DNA of 64,000 bases from an uncultured Planctomycetaceae bacterium. GTDB taxonomy: Bacteria; Planctomycetota; Planctomycetia; Planctomycetales; Planctomycetaceae. Position numbers and translations under genes: made by a program. Shown piece by piece: positions 30,533 through 38,664 of the stretch. How positions within the stretch are numbered: position 1 is the stretch's first letter; the number at the start of each line of letters is the position of its first letter. The notes under the pieces were generated by a model that saw only the letters and a program-made list of their open reading frames with translations, did not search any database and had not been told where the DNA came from. The DNA is taken from positions 288,001 through 352,000 of the forward strand of contig CAWFGE010000022.1 of assembly GCA_963815195.1 (NCBI GenBank), in the 5' to 3' direction.

Positions 30533-30561
30533 GGCGAGCGTGGGGCATGAGCCCCATGATC
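30533..30561. repeat. REP-like family E copy upstream of cheA
   Basis: GGCGAGCGTGGGGCATGAGCCCCATGATC. Confidence 0.85.
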
Positions 30562-30633
30562 ATTTCCAAGCAAATAGCAACAGAGAATGCCGGGTGGACC
30601 AGAGAGAACGAAAAGCCATCCGATGGCTTTCGG

Positions 30634-30661
30634 TCTCCCGATCTCCCCTTCTCCCGATCTC
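30634..30661. repeat. 8-nt period repeat (TCTCCCGA/TCTCCCCT)
   Basis: Reverse complement matches 17063-17090 at 27/28 nt; hairpin AAAGCCATCCGATGGCTTT immediately upstream. Confidence 0.75.
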
Positions 30662-30663
30662 AG

Positions 30664-32212
30664 TTACCGGGCGGACCCGGCGGGAGTGCGGCTGTCGCGC
30701 TGAGGCAACCCCATCAACTCTTCCGCGCGGAGGTCCTGCAGGCTTTGCGTCATGCGCCCGTCGTCTTCGGGAAGCTTGAACGCACTCACGGAGCCGCGGA
30801 GTTCCTCGGCGAGGGCGGCCAATCCGCCGATGGCCTTCGCCGCCTGCTTGGTCCCGTCGGCCGTCTGTTTCGTCACGCCGGAGATTTCGTTCATCGACTT
30901 CGACAAGGCTTCGGCACCCCGGGCCTGCTGTTTCGTGGCAAGCGAAATGCTGTGAATCGAGCTCGTCGAGCCGCGAGGAGACTTCGTCGATTTCTTCGAG
31001 AGCTTCGCCGGCTTGCACCGCCAGCGTCGAACCCGCCACCACTTCCCGCGTGCTTTCTTCCATCGCGGAGATGGCTTCCGAGGTTTCGCCCTGGATCGCT
31101 TTAATCAAGGCGGCGATCTGCTTGGTCGCTTCGTTCGAGCGTTCGGCGAGGCGTTCGACTTCCTCGGCCACGACCGCGAACCCTTGCCCGGCATCGCCCG
31201 CCATCGCCGCCTGAATCGAGGCGTTCAAGGCGAGAATACTCGTGCGGTCGGCGATGTCGCTGATCAACTGCACGATTTCGCCGATCTCCTGCGAGCTTTC
31301 GCCCAGACGCTTGATGCGCTTGGCACTGTCCTGCACCTGGTCGCGAATACGGTTCATGCCTTGGATCGTGTCCTGCACCGCGAGCGTTCCCTTGTGGGCG
31401 CTTTCGCGGGCCTGGCGGGCGACGACGGCCGACTCGTCGGTGTTGTCGGCCACCTGGCCGATGGACAACGACATTTCATCAATCGCCGAGGACGTGTCCA
31501 GAATCTGGGCCGCCTGGGCTTCGGTCCCGCGGGACAGATGCTCGGTCGTGGAGCGGATGTCGTGGGTCGAATGGCTCACCTGATCGGTCGCCCGCTTCAC
31601 CCGGCGGACCACATCGCGAAGCTGCGAGATCATAAAGTTGATGGCATCGGCAATCCCGCCGGTGATTTCACGGTTCACGTTGGATTCGATCCGCAAATCG
31701 CCCGCCGCGATTTCCGAGACTTCCTGCATCAGGATTTGAATGTCCTGCTGGATGGCGTCGCGTTCTTCGCGGGACTGGATCAGCGTGAGCGTGTTGTCGC
31801 ACATCGAGTTCAGCGACTCGGCCACCGTGCCCAATTCATCGCGGCTGACGACTTCCGCCCGCGCGCTGAAATCGCCGATGCCGATCGAGGAAAGCATCTC
31901 CATGATCGCATCCGTCTGCCGGGTCAGGCTGCCGGATAACATCAGCGAGATAATCAGAATCAATACGCTCGCGCCCAAAGCGACGATGAGGAACACGTTC
32001 CACATTGTCACCTTGACCGGTTCGAGCAGGTCAGGCGATTGGACCTGGATGATGCTCACCGACGCCTGGTAGAGAGCCAGCCCCAACACGAACAGCGGAA
32101 CGAGGCCCACGGCCAACATGCCGAGCGCCAGCTTGTTGCGAATGCGGTTCGCCACCACGTCGCCCAGCGGCGAATCGGTAATCGCCTTGAAAATCTGTCG
32201 AGTTTTGCCCAT
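30664..32212 (-). CDS. Methyl-accepting chemotaxis protein, PilJ-like (2 TM, 2 HAMP, signalling domain); apparent frameshift near 30959
   Basis: [60 protein letters not shown]; removing one base joins LDELIHSISLA to ORF 30664..30906. Confidence 0.93.
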
Positions 32213-32247
32213 GTCTCCAATCCCATCAACGAAGTCTGAGTGAATAA

Positions 32248-32345
32248 TTAGCCGCAGGGCGCTAGCCCCGGTTCATTCGGCAACCGGACGGGAGCCCGGT
32301 TCATTAGCCGCAGGGCGCTAACCCGGTTCGTTCGGCAACCGGACG
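32248..32345. repeat. REP-like family D (TTAGCCGCAGGGCGCTAGCCCCGGTT), tandem duplication
   Basis: Units at 32248-32290 and 32304-32345; family also at 40647, 40820, 52033. Confidence 0.88.
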
Positions 32346-32414
32346 CCAGCGCGCTTTGGATGATTTTTCTCGAACGGCCCTAAAATCAGCCGGTCCGCCG
32401 CGAATGCCAAAGGT

Positions 32415-33081
32415 TCAGCACATCCGCAGCGTCGGGGAGTTTAGAGTCGCTTCCAGGTCCAAGACGCAGATCACCGCGCCATCGGTTTCGTAGGTTCCCT
32501 TGATGTAATCGCTGATCGGACCTTCCATCTGTCCGGACGGCCGGCGGATTGCGCGGGTTCCATCTCGGCGATCCGCACGATTTCGTCGACGATCAGGCCC
32601 GCCGTCAAATCCTGGTTGTCGGTCCGCACCACGACCAGCCGGGTGCGAGGTCCCAAGGCCGTGACTTCAAATCCCAAGAGCTGCTTGATGTCCACAATCG
32701 AGACGATGTTCCCCCGCAGGTTGCACACGCCGGGAATCCAGGCGGGCAGGTTGGGCAGGTACGTCACCGGCGGAAGCTGCTGGATTTCCAGGATGTTTTT
32801 CATCGGCAGGGCGAAGCAGGATTCGCCGAACGACACCAGCACGTGCTTGTCTTCGATCGATCGGCGCGGCGCTTTTGCGGATTCCCGCCCAGTTCTTTAT
32901 GAACGGTTTCCAGGATCTCGCGGTCCAAGCGGCCGACGAGGTCTTCCAGCGAGGACTCTCCGCCGAGATCCTCCGGGGAGAAATCCTCCGCGGATTCCGC
33001 CTCCAAATCGTCCATCAATGACGCGGAGTCGGTGCCGAACGCCTCTTCGATGGCCGAGAGGACATCATCATCAAATGTCAT
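32415..33081 (-). CDS. cheW: CheW (PilI-like) with acidic N-terminal extension; apparent frameshifts near 32860 and 32550
   Basis: FALPMKNILEI, LPNLPAWIPGVCNLRGNIVSIVDIKQLLG, AGLIVDEI; third frame ends VICVLDLEATLNSPTLRMC-stop. Confidence 0.85.
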
Positions 33082-33301
33082 GATCCAAAGTCGCTCCGCG
33101 AGAAAATAATGATATGCTCCCTTGCTGCGGGCTCGTCTTGGATTCTAAGTCGCCGCCAAGCGGCGTTCGCAGATCCGGAATCCGCCAAAACGTCAGAAGC
33201 CGCGAACGGCGCGAGCAGTTTCCCAAGGGAAGTTGTGAACTGATACCAGATTCTCGATTGAGGTCATCGTTTGCTGCCGCCGCTTCGCGGCTGGTTTTTT
33301 C

Positions 33302-33700
33302 TTAGCCGGGATTGAGCTGCGTGAGTTGTTGGCCTTTGAGGAGCGCTTGAATGGCCGCGATGAGTTCTTCGTCTTCAAAGGGTTTGGTGATGTAGGCGTC
33401 GGCTCCCTGTTTTTGGCCCCAGAAGCGGTCGCTGGCCTGGTTCTTGCTGCTGAGCATCAGAATCTTGATGTCCTTTGTGGCCGACTCCGTCTTGAGTTGC
33501 CGGCAGACCTGAAAGCCGTTTTTCTTGGGCAGGATAATGTCGAGCACAATCAAGTCCGGCAAGAGCCGCGAGGCGATCTCCAAGGCCTCTTCGCCGTCCG
33601 AGGCCGCGAGCACGCGAAAGCCCTGTTCGCTCAGCGTGTCGGACGTGATCTTGAGAGCCGTGGGACTGTCATCGACAACAAGAATGGTTTTCGGGGGCAT
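33302..33700 (-). CDS. Single-domain response regulator (PilH/CheY-like)
   Basis: ILVVDDSPT, PDLIVLDIILPKKNGFQVCRQLK, SDRFWGQKQGADAYITKPF. Confidence 0.93.
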   Translation of the reverse strand: MPPKTILVVDDSPTALKITSDTLSEQGFRVLAASDGEEALEIASRLLPDLIVLDIILPKKNGFQVCRQLKTESATKDIKILMLSSKNQASDRFWGQKQGADAYITKPFEDEELIAAIQALLKGQQLTQLNPG

Positions 33701-33757
33701 CGAGAGGACTCCTCAAAATTCCGGAATGTGCGCCCTCGTTCGGAGCGAGGGATGGGA

Positions 33758-34303
33758 TTATTCGGACGAACGGCCGTCGCTGAGGGTGTTCCACCGCCGC
33801 ACGAGGTCGTCGAGAAACACTTCCGCGCTGGCTTGCCAGTCGGCCACAGCTTCCCCGGAGAGAAACCGCGACCCGAGCAGTTGAAAGTACCCGCCGACGA
33901 TTTCCACGAGATCGACGCCAAGCTGCTGGTAGATGGCTTTGACTTCGTCGGAGTACGACAGCTTGATCCCGATGAGCGAAGCGAAGCCGTTCCAGGACTG
34001 GCCGCCCAGCATGCGTTCGAATCGCTTGGTGTTTTCGTGGTAGTCGCAGACCTGGCCGATCAAGGCGTCGGTCTGAGGCTTGTCGAACCGCTCCTCGGCG
34101 AACTCGACGAGTTCTACGAGGATCTCTTTGGAGATTTCCATCGCGCCGGGAAGGCGCTTGGCTCCGCTGAACCCGTCCAGCCGGGCCAGGATTTGTTCCA
34201 AGCGGCCCATCAGTTGAAACATCAGCCGGGCGTGCTCGGCGTCTTGCGACCGCTCCGCTCCCGCGGACCGATTGGAAACGGAACCAACATTAGAGACAGT
34301 CAT
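33758..34303 (-). CDS. Hypothetical protein, probably helical (181 aa), inside the chemosensory cluster
   Basis: AGGAGAGG RBS + ATG 34303; co-oriented; no recognised motif. Confidence 0.75.
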   Translation of the reverse strand: MTVSNVGSVSNRSAGAERSQDAEHARLMFQLMGRLEQILARLDGFSGAKRLPGAMEISKEILVELVEFAEERFDKPQTDALIGQVCDYHENTKRFERMLGGQSWNGFASLIGIKLSYSDEVKAIYQQLGVDLVEIVGGYFQLLGSRFLSGEAVADWQASAEVFLDDLVRRWNTLSDGRSSE

Positions 34304-34412
34304 GTTTGCCTCTCCTATCTGCGACTCGCTGTGGGTCGCTTTCAAATCGTGGAGGGAAGAACTTGGATTTGAAACGAGGTAAAATCATTCAAAAGGATGC
34401 CGGGATTCACAA

Positions 34413-35891
34413 CTAAGACTGAGTCGCAGCCACTCCGTAATGCTCGGTGAGTTGAGCGGAGACTTTCTCGATCAGCAAATCGGGATCGAACGGCTTGGTA
34501 ATATAGTCGTCGCAGCCCACAAACTTGCCGCGCACCTTGTCGAACATGCCGTCTTTGCCCGAGAGCATGATGACGGGGATGTGTTTCGTGGATTCGTGCT
34601 TCTTGATGAGCTTGCAAAGTTGATAGCCGCCGAGCCGGGGCATGGTGATGTCGAGCAGGATCAGCTGCGGCTTGAGTTCCGCAATGCTCTTGAGGGCGAC
34701 AACGCCGTCGGCGGCGGCGGCGACCGTGTAGCCGTTCTTTTCCAACGTCATCGACACCAGCTTCCGGACCGTGGGGCTGTCATCGACCACCAGCACCGAG
34801 ACGCCGCTTTCCGAAGCTTGAATCGGAGCCGCCGGTGACTCCGCAATCGTTTCCTCCGGCGGGGATTCCTCTTCGAAGATCTCCGTTTGGGCTTCAACCG
34901 CCGGCTCAATTTCCGATTCCGCTTCGGCGTCCGCAGCATCTCGCATCGGGACCGTGTCCGCCAAGTCTTCCTCGGCACCCGGCCGATTCCAAAAGCCCTC
35001 CGCCGAGTCGTCTCCGTTTGCTGCGTCCTCGGAAACGGCGGCGTCCGAGTTTTCGAAGCGCGATTCGTCCTGATGAGTTTCCTCAACCGGTTCGCCCCAG
35101 GCCGAGGCCGAATCTTCCTCTTCGTCCCGGCCGTCTTCGAAGGCGTTGTGTTCTTCCCAGCGGGATCGCTCCTCGTTCGTTTCGGCGACTTCCGCGTCCC
35201 ATGGGCTTTCATCCGATTCGCCGAACTCGGCCGTGGAATTCTCCGCGAATGCGGACGGTTCTTCTTGTCCGTCGGCTTCCGCGGTCTCGGCGTCTTCTTC
35301 GTCGTTTGCGAACCATTCCGCCATCTTGCGTTCGGCGGGTTCCGAGCTGATTTCCAATTCTTCGTCGCCGGCGGTGAGTTCTGGGTTGGCGGGATCCTCT
35401 TTTTCGTCCGCAAACGGCTCGCCGTCATCGTCCGTCCCGGCTTCTTCCGCCAGCGGGATTGAGGATTCGCTCTCGCCCCAGGCAATTGGCTCATCGTCTT
35501 CCGCATCGCGGGGTTCGCCTTCTGCCCCGCGGTCGGCATAACCTTCCAGGGCGGAGAAACCCTCGGCGTCTTCAGCGGGCGAGGGTTCGCCTTCGGCGAT
35601 GTCTTCTTGAAATTCGGAGGATGCTTGATAGTCAAAATCCGCCATCGCTTTGGCCCACTGCATTCCCAGTTGGGCCAATTCATGGTCCGGGTCAACATCG
35701 AGAACCCTCTGAAGGGAATGGATGGCGCTGGCGGGCGATTCCGCGACCCAGGCCAGCCACAGCCAACAGTTGGGATCGTTGGGAGCCAGTTCGACCGCCT
35801 GAAGCAGATGCAGGCGGGCCAGCAATTTGTTGCCCGATTTTGCTGTCTCAATCCCGCGTTTCAGGCTATCGATGGCGCGTGTATCACCCAT
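34413..35891 (-). CDS. Response regulator: N-terminal TPR, long acidic linker, C-terminal PilG-like REC
   Basis: LKRGIETAKSG..PNCWLWLAWVAES TPR; D/E-rich middle; VLVVDDSPTVRK..LDITMP..MLSGKDGMFDKVRGKFVGCDDYITKPF. Confidence 0.9.
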   Translation of the reverse strand: MGDTRAIDSLKRGIETAKSGNKLLARLHLLQAVELAPNDPNCWLWLAWVAESPASAIHSLQRVLDVDPDHELAQLGMQWAKAMADFDYQASSEFQEDIAEGEPSPAEDAEGFSALEGYADRGAEGEPRDAEDDEPIAWGESESSIPLAEEAGTDDDGEPFADEKEDPANPELTAGDEELEISSEPAERKMAEWFANDEEDAETAEADGQEEPSAFAENSTAEFGESDESPWDAEVAETNEERSRWEEHNAFEDGRDEEEDSASAWGEPVEETHQDESRFENSDAAVSEDAANGDDSAEGFWNRPGAEEDLADTVPMRDAADAEAESEIEPAVEAQTEIFEEESPPEETIAESPAAPIQASESGVSVLVVDDSPTVRKLVSMTLEKNGYTVAAAADGVVALKSIAELKPQLILLDITMPRLGGYQLCKLIKKHESTKHIPVIMLSGKDGMFDKVRGKFVGCDDYITKPFDPDLLIEKVSAQLTEHYGVAATQS

Positions 35892-36276
35892 GATTCGTAG
35901 ATCCTCAGGCAGAAACGAGTGTTGTCGAAGGGAAGAGGCGGCTAGATGTTCCGCCGCTCAATTCACCGGTTTTTCAACCCGTCCACCGCTCGCCCGGACC
36001 TCTGCCCAAAGGCACGGGGACGAAACGGCTTCAAATAGGCCGCCGGCTGATGAGGAATTGAAGCGAGAGACATCCAGGCATCGTCCGTGAAGGGGAACGA
36101 GTTCCTTCCTCAGAAAGTTAGGTCGGAAACCGCGAGACACAAATGAAAAACGTGGCGAGTTTGGGAGTTTTGTGGAAAACGTAACGGTCTGTTGCATTTT
36201 TGCGACTCCGGCGTGGTTCGCTCGGGGATCCCCCGGGCACTCAAATCCCGCACGATCCGCACGTTCGCTGGAAAGC

Positions 36277-36314
36277 AAAAAACGGGCGCGGGAAAATAAT
36301 TCCCGCGCCTGTTT
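36277..36314 (-). terminator. Intrinsic terminator after the M16 peptidase / small-ORF unit
   Basis: Minus strand AAACAGGCGCGGGAA-ttat-TTTCCCGCGCCCGTTTTTT. Confidence 0.75.
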
Positions 36315-36344
36315 GAAGACCCGCCGGCTGGATTGAGACAAGCA

Positions 36345-36500
36345 TTACTTCTTCATGAATTTGTCGATGCCTTCTTCTCGCCAGACTTTGAGGGTCCGGC
36401 TGTTTTTGCTGTCGATCTTCACGCCGATGGCGTTGACGGGATGTTCGTATTTCCGTTGGACGTCGATCCAATTTTTCTTGACGTGTTCGGGCACGCTCAT
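36345..36500 (-). CDS. Small protein, 51 aa: MSVPEHVKKNWIDVQRKYEHPVNAIGVKIDSKNSRTLKVWREEGIDKFMKK
   Basis: GAGAGGTGA RBS, ATG..TAA, third codon positions mostly G/C, terminator follows; below the ORF-track length cutoff. Confidence 0.8.
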   Translation of the reverse strand: MSVPEHVKKNWIDVQRKYEHPVNAIGVKIDSKNSRTLKVWREEGIDKFMKK

Positions 36501-36555
36501 GAGTCACCTCTCGAATAGGCTTAAGGAATGGACAGTGGGTTTCAGTCAGGCGGAG

Positions 36556-37857
36556 CTAAACGGCCGAGAGCTGGAATTGATCCACCAGCTCGCGGACGGC
36601 AACTTCCGCATCAACAGGCAGAGCCGCCGGCCCGATGATGGCGGCTCCCACGTGGGACAGCGCGGGAAGGAGATGGGTTTCCGCGTAATCCCTCAAACGA
36701 TGAAAATCGATCCGATCGATCGCATCCAGAATCGTGTGGTCCGCAATCCGCTCGCCGAAGTAGAACTCCTGCGTCAGAATCCGGCTCATGCGGGTGTGGA
36801 GGCATTCGGAGGCCAACAAGTGCTGGCCGCGAATTTGCATCTTGGCTTTCCAGAGTTCTTCGGCGTCCACCGGCTGATCGAACGAAACCAGCCGATAGAT
36901 TTCCCAAAGAATCAGGCTTAACACGTCGAGCAGTTGTTCGGGCGTGGTGCTGCCTTCGACCACGAGCAAGCCCGCATCGCGGTAGGCGTGGACTTCGGAT
37001 TGAATGTGGTACACCAGGCCCCGCTCTTCGCGGAGGCTATAAAATAACCGCGAACTCATGCCGCCGCCGAGCAGGCAGTTCAACAGGTGCAACAGGTAGC
37101 GGTTTTCGTCGGTGTAGTTTCCGGTGGGAATCCCCAAGGCGAAATAGGCTTGCGACACCGGGGCCTGATCGATCACCACGCCGCTGTGAGCTTCGCAGGG
37201 CTCGGGCGACGAAGGAATCGAGGTGCCCAGCATCCGCCAGAAGGCGTCCTGCGTCTGGGCGGCGAAATGGTCGTGGTCGATCTTTCCCGACGCCGCAATG
37301 ATGATCCGGTCGGGAAGGTAATGGTTATGCGTAAAGTAAATCACGTCTTCCCGCGTGAAGCCTTGCACGGACTCCCGCGTGCCCAGGATCGATCGGCCGA
37401 GCGAAGCGTGCGGCCAGATTTGTTGTTTGAGGAGCGCGTGCGTCCGGTCGTAGGGATTGTCGCAGGTGTTGTCGATCTCGTGGAGAATCGCGTGCTTTTC
37501 CCGTTCGAGGTTGTGTTCCGGGAACGTGGAGTTGAGCAGAATGTCGCCCAACAGGTCCAAAGCATACGGGCAATAGTCGGCGAGGACGTTCGCATAAAAG
37601 CAGGTGTAGTCCCGCCCGGTGAAGGCGCCCATTTGCCCGCCCGCCACGTCCATCAGCCGCGAGATCGCGACCGCATCCCGGCTGCTCGTGCCTTGGAACA
37701 ACGCATGTTCGGTGAAGTGCGCCAGTCCCCGCTTCTCCCGCGGATCGTCCCGCGGGCCGGCATCGATGAGAACCCCGATCGACACCGACTCCGACGCGGG
37801 CACGGTTTCCGTGGCGAGGCGTATTCCGTTGTTGAGTTCGATGCGATTGAACAACAT
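36556..37857 (-). CDS. M16 (insulinase/pitrilysin) family zinc metallopeptidase
   Basis: LNNGIRL, GLAHFTEHALFQGT (inverted HxxEH), GAFTGRDYTCFY, LGGGMSSRLFYSLREERGLVY; no signal peptide. Confidence 0.95.
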   Translation of the reverse strand: MLFNRIELNNGIRLATETVPASESVSIGVLIDAGPRDDPREKRGLAHFTEHALFQGTSSRDAVAISRLMDVAGGQMGAFTGRDYTCFYANVLADYCPYALDLLGDILLNSTFPEHNLEREKHAILHEIDNTCDNPYDRTHALLKQQIWPHASLGRSILGTRESVQGFTREDVIYFTHNHYLPDRIIIAASGKIDHDHFAAQTQDAFWRMLGTSIPSSPEPCEAHSGVVIDQAPVSQAYFALGIPTGNYTDENRYLLHLLNCLLGGGMSSRLFYSLREERGLVYHIQSEVHAYRDAGLLVVEGSTTPEQLLDVLSLILWEIYRLVSFDQPVDAEELWKAKMQIRGQHLLASECLHTRMSRILTQEFYFGERIADHTILDAIDRIDFHRLRDYAETHLLPALSHVGAAIIGPAALPVDAEVAVRELVDQFQLSAV

Positions 37858-38054
37858 GGGACCCCATCCGTTTGCGGGAAAAACACAGTGGCGCATCAAA
37901 ATACTAGGTCACGGACCGGAGCGGATCTCAGGAAAACCCCAATCCGCATCCATTGAAACGGAAAAGCTGGCGGGGTCGTAGCGGTTATATCGGGACCAGA
38001 TCCACAACGCCCGATGCGAAAGGATGCCTCAGAAAAGTCGAAAAAATGTGCCAG

Positions 38055-38169
38055 GTGTGCCCCTGGCTTGGCCAGTGCCTTTTGAAGGCGGGAATCAGAA
38101 ATCGAAAAAAGCATTCGGACGCCAACCGATTAGACGGCACGGGCCGAGCCGGTTGAGCCAGTGGCACAC
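38055..38169. repeat. REP-like family C inverted pair
   Basis: GTGTGCCCCTGGCTTGGCCAGTGCC ... GAGCCAGTGGCACAC. Confidence 0.6.
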
Positions 38170-38231
38170 GCGCGGGGTTGCAAGAGGACCGAACCCGCAA
38201 TGCACTGCGCGAAACGAGGCGGCGCCTTGCG

Positions 38232-38259
38232 TTGATTCGCCGCGGGTTGAGGGTACAAT
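38232..38259 (+). promoter_or_regulatory. Candidate sigma70 promoter for DUF997-symporter operon
   Basis: TTGATT-16 nt-TACAAT, ~36 nt upstream of ATG 38296. Confidence 0.4.
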
Positions 38260-38295
38260 CGAAAGCTTGTTTCTTTCTCCTTCCGGTTGAACGGT

Positions 38296-38664
38296 ATGAA
38301 CGACTCGACAGCATCCCCCGCGGAATCTGAAGACGAACGCGAATTTGCCACCTACCGCCACGCCCGCCGGGAGGCGTTTTTGATCTTTTGCGCCTGGGCT
38401 GCTGCGCTTCTCTGGGCGGTTCCCTGTTGCTACCTCACGGGGTTTACGACGGCGGGGTCCGTGGAGCCGGCGGAAATTCCGCTGGTGATGGGGATTCCGA
38501 GCTGGGTGTTTTGGGGCATCGGCGCGCCCTGGCTGGTCGCCGACGTGTTCACCGTCTGGCTGTGTTTTTTCTATATGACAGATGACGACCTCGGCGAGAC
38601 CCACGAAGGCGCGGACCTGGCCGAAGAGATCGCCGAGATGCACGCACAGGAGAATCCATCGTGA
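38296..38664 (+). CDS. DUF997 (YhdT-like) small membrane protein
   Basis: YRHARREA, two TM segments, MGIPSWVFWGI, MTDDDLG; directly precedes a sodium:solute symporter. Confidence 0.85.
   Translation: MNDSTASPAESEDEREFATYRHARREAFLIFCAWAAALLWAVPCCYLTGFTTAGSVEPAEIPLVMGIPSWVFWGIGAPWLVADVFTVWLCFFYMTDDDLGETHEGADLAEEIAEMHAQENPS

Noticed and set aside
32248..32345. Tandem repeat as a CRISPR remnant
   Set aside because: The intervening sequence is duplicated too; it belongs to dispersed family D.
35892..36240. Riboswitch (e.g. c-di-GMP) upstream of the che cluster
   Set aside because: No recognisable consensus by eye; an Rfam scan would be needed to exclude it.
36241..36507. 88-aa ORF from the track
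   Set aside because: Overlaps the 51-aa ORF in another frame, lacks a suitably spaced RBS, runs through the terminator and has shadow-frame Arg-rich composition.
38035..38054. Sigma54 promoter upstream of the M16 peptidase (TGGCAC on minus strand)
   Set aside because: The -12 position reads CG rather than GC, and the site abuts a family C repeat.
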